Below, piece after piece: positions 55,225 through 64,000 of a stretch of DNA of 64,000 bases. The notes beneath the pieces are model-generated. The model did no database searches and was not told the origin of the DNA. It worked only from the letters and a program-made list of their open reading frames with translations. The stretch is from Octopus vulgaris. Lineage: Eukaryota. The stretch lies in the NCBI GenBank assembly GCA_951406725.2, contig OX597827.1, positions 31,744,001-31,808,000 on the forward strand, in the 5' to 3' direction. Position 1 is the stretch's first letter. Each line of letters begins with the position of its first letter. Both the position numbers and the translations under genes were made by a program.

Positions 55225-55668
55225 ATTGGAAACTGGACATAGTCTTAATTGAGAAAGAAAACAAAAGAATAGGAAGCCAGACATAGTCTTAATTGAGAAA
55301 GAAAACAAACTATGCTGGATCATAGATATAGCATGCCCAGCTGACAACAAGGTATGCAATAAGGAAGAAAGAAAAGTCGATACATATGACAGGTTAGCTT
55401 GGGAAGTTAAGCAGTTGTGGTCGATGAAAAAGGTAGCAGTAGTACCAATAATTATCGGATCCCTCAGAACAGTGAGCAAAAATCACGAGAAGTACATGGA
55501 ACAAATAGGGGCTGCAATATGAGTAGGGCACTTGCAGAAAACAGCACTGCTTAGAACCGCTTCAATACTCCGGAAGGTGCTTGAAAAATAAGAGGTGTTA
55601 CCTTAGTTCACTGGTAGTGAACAGCTGACACTGTTGTACATCTCCAGCATTAGAAGCAGTGCCAAGGC
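55225..55668 (+). mobile_element. R4/Dong-like LINE RLE fragment in (AAT)n
   Basis: PDIVLIEKENKLCWIIDIACPADNKVCNKEERKVDTYDRLAWEVKQLW...VVPIIIG...LQKTALL..ASILRKVL*. Confidence 0.85.
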
Positions 55669-55730
<62 letters not shown>

Positions 55731-55731
55731 C

Positions 55732-55776
<45 letters not shown>

Positions 55777-56503
55777 TATTATTATTATTATTATTATTAT
55801 AATTATATTCATGGGGCACAATTTTTGTTACACTGGTGAAAGAAGGGTACAGTTGATTATATCATTGACAAAACTGAACAGGGTTGTATTTTTTTGACCA
55901 ATGAAGGTTGCAAACTGAAAGTAATAACATTATTAATTTTATTCTTTCACATGTTTCAGCCCTAAGGATGTGGCCATGCTGCGGAAAACTAGCAATATAT
56001 ATGTTTGTATACACAAATGTAAGGACACAAATGTAAGGATCCACATGCACATGCACACACACGCACACACAAATGTAGAGATCCATATATGTGTACACAC
56101 ACACATGTGTGTGTTTATGGGTATGTATATGTGTATATATATGTGTACATATATATATACGTATATATATATGAGTGTATATATATATGTGTGTGTGTGT
56201 GTGTATATATATTTGCTATAAACATACTCATGCACACATTGATGTCTAATATAAACTAATATATACATATTTTTACATATTTTTATTATATGTGCATCAT
56301 ATATCTATGGTATATATTATATATCATGTATGTATGATATCAATGACATCATATGCGTACAATAAAATATATACTATCATGCACATTATGCACACACATG
56401 TATATAATGCATAATGTATATTATGTGTATGTATATTTACATAAATACATACATACATATACATACATATACATACATATATATATATATATATATGTTA
56501 CCC

Positions 56504-56581
<78 letters not shown>

Positions 56582-56912
56582 GTATATATATTTATGGGTA
56601 ACATTTATTTTGTGTCCACTGAACAAATGCATGTGAAAACAGCCAATAGAGCTAACAAGCCCAATTTGGCACGGCAGCGAGTATTGAATGTTGATATAGA
56701 GTTCAACAGTATCTGACAATCATTCTAGGTTTATGGAGTTGCTGAATGTTATACTGAAGTATAACAGTATTTAATAATGCTAACACACACATATATATTA
56801 ACTAAAATTACATGTGTTTTAAGTTTTGGTAGAAAAAACACATTGATGTGCAAAGGAAATTCTTGTTGATTTATGGCCAAGTTTGTAAAACAGAAAGGAA
56901 ATAAGAATAACG

Positions 56913-56956
<44 letters not shown>

Positions 56957-56963
56957 GATGATG

Positions 56964-57042
<79 letters not shown>

Positions 57043-57148
57043 TGATAATAATAATAATGTTAGTAATAATAATAATAATGATAATAATAATGATAATAAT
57101 AATAATGATAATAATAATGATAATAATAATAATTTAATAATAATAATA

Positions 57149-57192
<44 letters not shown>

Positions 57193-57241
57193 AATAATGA
57201 TAATAATAATAATAGTAATAATAATAATAGTAATAATAATA

Positions 57242-57290
<49 letters not shown>

Positions 57291-59360
57291 GAGAGTACAA
57301 ATCTCCACTGAAGCAACACTAAAGTCCCTTCAACGATTAGCCAGAGATGATTTTTAAAATGAGAATATCTGAAATAAACTCAACTACTCTCACAAATGAG
57401 AATACTAAAAATGAACCCGACTGCTCTCAAAAATTAAGTAAAAAATTGGTAAAATAATCCAGAATCCTTGTCAGGTACTGGATTGATCCCAAAATCTAAT
57501 CAGTTTGTGTCAGTCACGAGGCCAAACATCTCTGAAAGATTTATCTGAATCTATCCAGCAGTTCTTGAGATATCTTGTCTATGGACAAACAAACAAACGC
57601 TGAGGCGGAGGTAATAATAATAATAATAATTAATATAATGGTTTTAAATTTTGTCACAAAGCCAGCAATTTCAGGGGGAGTGGGTAAGTCGATTGCACTG
57701 ACTCCAATGCTTAAGTGATGCTTTTGTCATTGACCCTGAAGGGAAGTAAGCAAGTTGGTCCTCGGTGGCATTTGAACTCAGAACCCTTTTGGCCAATACA
57801 CTAACAATTCTACCAGCTTGCCGCCTTAATAATAATTATTTCTATTATAGGGACAATAACTGAAATTTGGTGGGTGCCCAGTTGATTACATTGATCCTCA
57901 GTATGTAACTGGTACTTATTTTCTTGACCGTGGAAGAATGAAAAGCAAAGTTGACCTCAGCAGGATTTGAACTCAGAACATAAAGACAGATGAACTGTCA
58001 GTATGAATTCTGTCCAGGGTGTTAATGATACTTCCAGCTTGCCACCTTGATAATAATAATATAATTCTTTCAAATTTTGGTTAGTAATTTTGAGAGGAGG
58101 GGCATGTTGATTACATTGATCCCAGTATTTGACTGCTACTTAGTTTTATATATATGAGGAAGCCAGAATGGTTTTGGCTAGAATGGTGTTTATTATTTTT
58201 GATTATAGGTTTACATGATCAGAACTAACCTGCTGACTGGAAAATAATAATACAGTAGACAGAAAAAAGGTTTGAGAAAGAAAAAGGTGATATGTGTGTG
58301 GGTAGGTTGGAGGTGTGCAAGTAGAAAGAAAGTTGTTGTGCTTAGGGAGAGTAAGAGATTTATGTCAATATAGGAAAATCAAGAGGAAGTGGTTCAGTGG
58401 AGCAGCAGAGAGAAAATTTGGTTATACAGAAGGATAGGGTGATCAATGTAAAATGTCAGTAGAGAGGGACAACAAAAGATGGATATCAAATAAAGTGATC
58501 CCAAGTAGTGAGAAAGATAACTGATATCACAAAAAAAGATGATAGAATATGTAATTCAGCAATTTTTTTTAATTACAGCAGCAGAATACTGTAGGTAGAC
58601 AAATGGAGCTGACCAAAACTCTATTTTCTATAAACCACAACAGTTGAGGTGCAGGGTGTCATTACTGCTCTCACCTATACGATACAATCCATGCAATGAA
58701 GCTTTGGAAATGGTAATATTTCATTGTCAAAAATTAGCATGATACCCTGACTGTTTTAACAAAAGGACCACTGTGTGTTTAGGGTTTGAAGAAAAGTTCT
58801 GGTCATTAACATAATTGATAAACAATAATTAACTGTCTGAAAATCTTGACTTTATCTGTTCAGAGAATATAACCTGCTTTTGGCTGAAAGGATGGAAAGA
58901 AAACCACAGAACTTGCATCGTTCCAATTACCTTTTTTTCTTTCAAAGTGGTATCATTGAAATTCTCAGTAAATGCAGTTCTTTTGGTAAAAGATAATTTA
59001 TTCCTACAATGCATCTTGGATGTGAATGGATATAGACAGAAGAAGAAGAATCCTTATAAAATGATTTAAACTAACCTTTCAGCCCACCATTTTTGTACTA
59101 GAAAGAAGGCAGGGCTGATCTCTTCAAGAATATACATATAATTAATTTTGTCTATTTAAATTCAAGTTTTTTTTTACAGAAATTTAAGTAACAACATCTT
59201 TATTATTTCATTTAAAAAAATGGGGATAATCAATTGACATTGTTACCAAAACGTTGTTTAGGAGTTAAGGATGTGGGAAAAAGGCTGCAGAAACAGCTGT
59301 AAGCTAATGAAGTTAATTATGAATTCCTGTTCCCCCATAATTTATATATGTATATATATA

Positions 59361-59477
<117 letters not shown>

Positions 59478-60068
59478 GTATATGTATGTATGTATGTATG
59501 TATATGATATATGTTTGAAAAAATTTTTGAACAATGCAGATGAGAAATTAGGCAAAATATGTAAAGTGATGTCGATATGTAGAAAAAACAAACAGGAAAG
59601 ATATTGTATTAGCATACATATGTTGTTTAATATTTCAGGATACATTCCCATGTTCAAATAAAACAAAGAAAATAATCAAAGAGCTTGGAGACATGTGCTG
59701 GTACTGGTCGGTTATTTTAGTTTGTCTGTGTGTGTGCATACATGCATGCATGCATGTATGCACACACATGCATACATGCATGCATGTATATATGTAAAAC
59801 AATTTTGTGATCCTGAAATGGCAATTATTTAATAAATTTTTATATTGGAATTTATTGCATTTTCTAATAGATAACAACAATGATGATAGGAGAGCATGAT
59901 GGGAATTTTCAACACTATCAGACTATCACAATTTTTTTTTTTTTGGTTTTGGTGGGGGAGAAGTATGGGGAACAGGAGTGGTGTTAGATTAATACTATTA
60001 CTTGGCTGGAAACATTTTACTGAGCTGGATGGATGACAGACAAAATAAACTGAATAATAATAATAATG

Positions 60069-60139
<71 letters not shown>

Positions 60140-60175
60140 TAATAATAATAATAATCATGATAATAATAATAATAA

Positions 60176-60439
60176 TATACAGACTTGTGAACAGATGCCG
60201 AAAGAATGTGTAATATGAAAACAAAAGTGATACAAATTGTGATTGGAACTCTTGGGTCAGTGATGAAAAGCCTTCAGAAACACTTTGACGCAGTTGGTGT
60301 ATCTGTCCCAGCATTATGACATTGCAAAAGACAACACTTTTGGGAACAGAAAATATCCTGTTGAAAGTATTGCCTAATTGAAGTTATACAACTTGATAAA
60401 CCATCTAACGTTAACATGATCATCACTGTGCAGATGAAG

Positions 60440-60483
<44 letters not shown>

Positions 60484-60803
60484 ATAATAATAATAATAAT
60501 AGCAAAAGGGGCTGATTGCTACCTAGCTCAGATACCAGGAAACCCCAAAATGGCAGAAATTCAAAAGATAGTGCTCGTGGGAACTGCCCATATCCTACGT
60601 AAAATACTGTCTATATAATCTCAAATTTTAAAACAAAACACATAATTTTCTTATGGTTTCTTAAACATTTTCTAGAATAAGACTATGTACAAAACCAAAT
60701 ATACGGCACCCTATTCATAACACCAATACTAACTTTTCTCTTGAGGTCTCTGGGTGAGACTTGGAGTCAACTTGTACAAATGCAAAGCAAAAGTCAAGCA
60801 TAA
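60176..60803 (+). mobile_element. Two adjacent short R4/Dong-like LINE 3' ends in AAT/AGT repeats
   Basis: VIQIVIGTLG...LQKTTLLGTENILLKVL* (60176-60440) and YLAQIPGNPKMAEIQKIVLVGTAHILRKILSI* (60501-60803). Confidence 0.75.
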
Positions 60804-60845
<42 letters not shown>

Positions 60846-61360
60846 TCATAATCATAAAAATAATAATAAATAATCATAATAATAATCTAATGTATGAAAT
60901 TTATGGGGGGAAAACAGTTCATTACATGAATTCCTGTACTTCAGTTGTACTCTGTTCTAGAGTCTGTAGAAGGGTGAATGGCAAGAAAGTCAACATTACT
61001 ATGGGTTGCAACTGTAATATGAAGGGACTTGTTGAATAATATTTGGCATTTTATTTGATGCTAACATTAACTCTATGATCCAATGTTTGTGAATTAGCAC
61101 TTAATATTAGATAGAGGGTGGCGGTGGGAGGAAAAGAGTTGGGGGTGAATGGTCGTTAGTTGAAAATTGTAGTAATAAATATTTTGAACATAGGCACAAA
61201 GCCTTTAAAGGCAGATATTGTAAGATATATTGTAAGGTGGACAGAAAAATAAATGATAAAATATATTTTTCTCTTAGGTTATTAAATATGTGTGAAGATG
61301 TGTGTGCGTGAGAGCGAGTGTGTGTGTATACATACATGTATGTGTATGTGTGTGTGTATG

Positions 61361-61396
<36 letters not shown>

Positions 61397-62164
61397 GCAT
61401 GGTTGCAGCTCTCAACTTGAAACTAATAAAAAAAATACACACACACACACATATGTAAATGTACATAAACATGTATATATACTTAGACACGTATATGTAT
61501 ATTTAATTGTACACACACACACACACATATATATGTACATACATACAAGTATATGTACATACATACATGTAAACATATATATATATACGTATATGTTTGG
61601 TTATATATCTGTGCATTTGTGCGCATGTATGTATATCTGAATCAATATATATGTAAATATATACACACATTTATGTAAATATATGTGTATCTATATATAT
61701 GTATATATATATATGCCTACACACATTTATGCAAATATGTGTGTATCTATCTATATATTTCTATATGTTCAGTATCTTTTAACCATTTTGATTGTAGCAG
61801 AAAAGTGCAGTGAAACACAACATACATGAGCAATGTAATGAAAAATGTTAAATGATTAGAAAACAATAATAACCAGCGTCAAAAAACAGAACATCTACTG
61901 AAGAAAACATCACGGACATGCACACACAAACACACGCACATTTATATTGACCTTATATATATATAGACAAACAAAATACATACTCTGTGTGTGCATGTGT
62001 GCGTGTGTGTTAGACAAAGATGAAGATATCAGTTACAACACAAGTTTAATTTTGGTAACAATTGTTTCTGTAGCATTCTACATTAAATCACATTTAGAAT
62101 TATGTGTGAAAAATTAAACAACATCATATATATATGTATGTATATATATTATATACATACATAC

Positions 62165-62201
<37 letters not shown>

Positions 62202-62264
62202 TACATACACATATACACATATATATATATACATACATACATATATATATGTATATATGTATAT

Positions 62265-62295
<31 letters not shown>

Positions 62296-62305
62296 TGTAT
62301 GTATG

Positions 62306-62361
<56 letters not shown>

Positions 62362-62567
62362 TATATATGTGCATATACATGTAAGTATATATGTTTATAT
62401 ATGCAGGTATATATAGGTATATATATATATATATATATATATACGAGTATATATATGCATATACATGTAAGTATATATGTTTATATATGCAGGTATATAT
62501 ATATATATATATATATATGAGTATATATATGCATATACATGTAAGTATATATGTTTATATATGCAGG

Positions 62568-62668
<101 letters not shown>

Positions 62669-62673
62669 TTTTA

Positions 62674-62870
<197 letters not shown>

Positions 62871-62921
62871 ATGTATAGATATAAGTACCTATATAAGTAT
62901 ATATAGATATGTATGTGTGTG

Positions 62922-62976
<55 letters not shown>

Positions 62977-63688
62977 TATAGATATATATACATGCACACG
63001 TATATGACAAACGCATGAATGTGCCACTTACGCACACACACACACATGCACACATATGGATACACTAGATACAAACATTAAGATAACGGTGAAATTAACA
63101 GAAGCAGGAATTTTATAACAATAATATAAATGACAATAGTCTTGTGATGTCGTGTTGCTGTGGTAACGGTGAGGTGGGGGTGGCAGTCGAGGTCGATAGT
63201 AGTGGCGACAGTGGTGGGTTGTGGTGGTGGTGGTGGGGGGGCGGTAGCAGTCATAGTCGTAGTAGTTGTAGGGGGTGATGGTAGTAGTGGTGGTGGTGGT
63301 AGTAGTAGTAGTAGTTGTTGTGGTGGTAACTGTAGTTTGTATTTTGTCGTAGTACTCTTATCAGTAGTATGAGTCTTGTATTTGTTGCTGTTGTTGTTGG
63401 TGGCGTTCATGTAGTAGTAGTAGTAGTAGTAGGAGGAGGAGCAGCAGCAGAAATGGCCATGTTGGAGGTGTAGTAGTAGTAGTGGTAGTGGTAGTAGTAA
63501 GAGAGAATTAGTAGAGGTGGTATTCGTGAGGGTGGGGTGGGGGATTTGTTTGTGGGGGGTGGGAGCACGGCATATTGTGATGGGTGTTGTCGTGGTGGTT
63601 GTGTTGGTGGTGGATGTGGAGGTGGTAGTTGGTGATGGTGTCGGGGTGGTGAGAGTGGTGAAGATTGTTACAGGTGATCCAAATAAGC

Positions 63689-63782
<94 letters not shown>

Positions 63783-63798
63783 TTTAGTTGAGAATTCT

Positions 63799-63983
63799 TT
63801 AGTAAGTGCCACACTTTCGAATGTTGAATTCAACTATCATTTCGAGCATATTTTCCAGAACATTCCTCATCTTTGTCTCATCGACAGCACAGGTTATATG
63901 TGTATAGATGTTCTTCTTGTTGGGTTTCTTCTCCAGAAACTTGTCCTTGATATACTCCTGGCACTGTTCAGGACTGTTGTCTC
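63799..63983 (-). CDS. Final coding exon of a divergent heterotrimeric G-protein alpha subunit (Gi/o-like C-terminus); upstream exons lie beyond the window
   Basis: Manual translation after acceptor ttctatttgattcgcag: (G)DNSPEQCQEYIKDKFLEKKPNKKNIYTHITCAVDETKMRNVLENMLEMIVEFNIRKCGTY*. It contains IYTH-x-TCAxD (G5 box) and aligns without gaps to the G-alpha-i alpha5 helix, ending C-G-x-aromatic. Confidence 0.9.
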
Positions 63984-64000
63984 CTGCGAATCAAATAGAA

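Noticed and set aside
63078-63833. 251-aa minus ORF overlapping the G-alpha stop
   Set aside because: Different frame and low-complexity trinucleotide repeats. Most likely 3' UTR or downstream sequence.

Overview
AT-rich, microsatellite-saturated animal genomic DNA. The SINE families and repeat landscape look like an octopus (cephalopod) genome; this is inference from pattern recognition, not a search. Almost all ORFs in the supplied track are microsatellite artefacts. The only confidently recognisable host coding sequence, missed by the ORF track, is the last exon of a divergent G-protein alpha subunit (minus strand, 63799-63983). The rest is mobile DNA. It includes two RTE-clade LINEs with a PHD-type finger inside the RT region, Tx1/L1-like LINE pieces, R4/Dong-like RLE LINE 3' ends in (AAT)n, a CR1-like fragment, two abundant tRNA-derived SINE families, mariner/piggyBac/Helitron-type relics and many Penelope-like (PLE) derivatives in (TA)n. 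The most striking hidden layer is RNA structure. There are about a dozen type I hammerhead ribozyme motifs from unrelated sequence families, four with intact cores. Most have palindromic stem III, several sit in fold-back elements, and one is fused to a tRNA-like pol III head. There is a 100-N assembly gap at 28547-28646.
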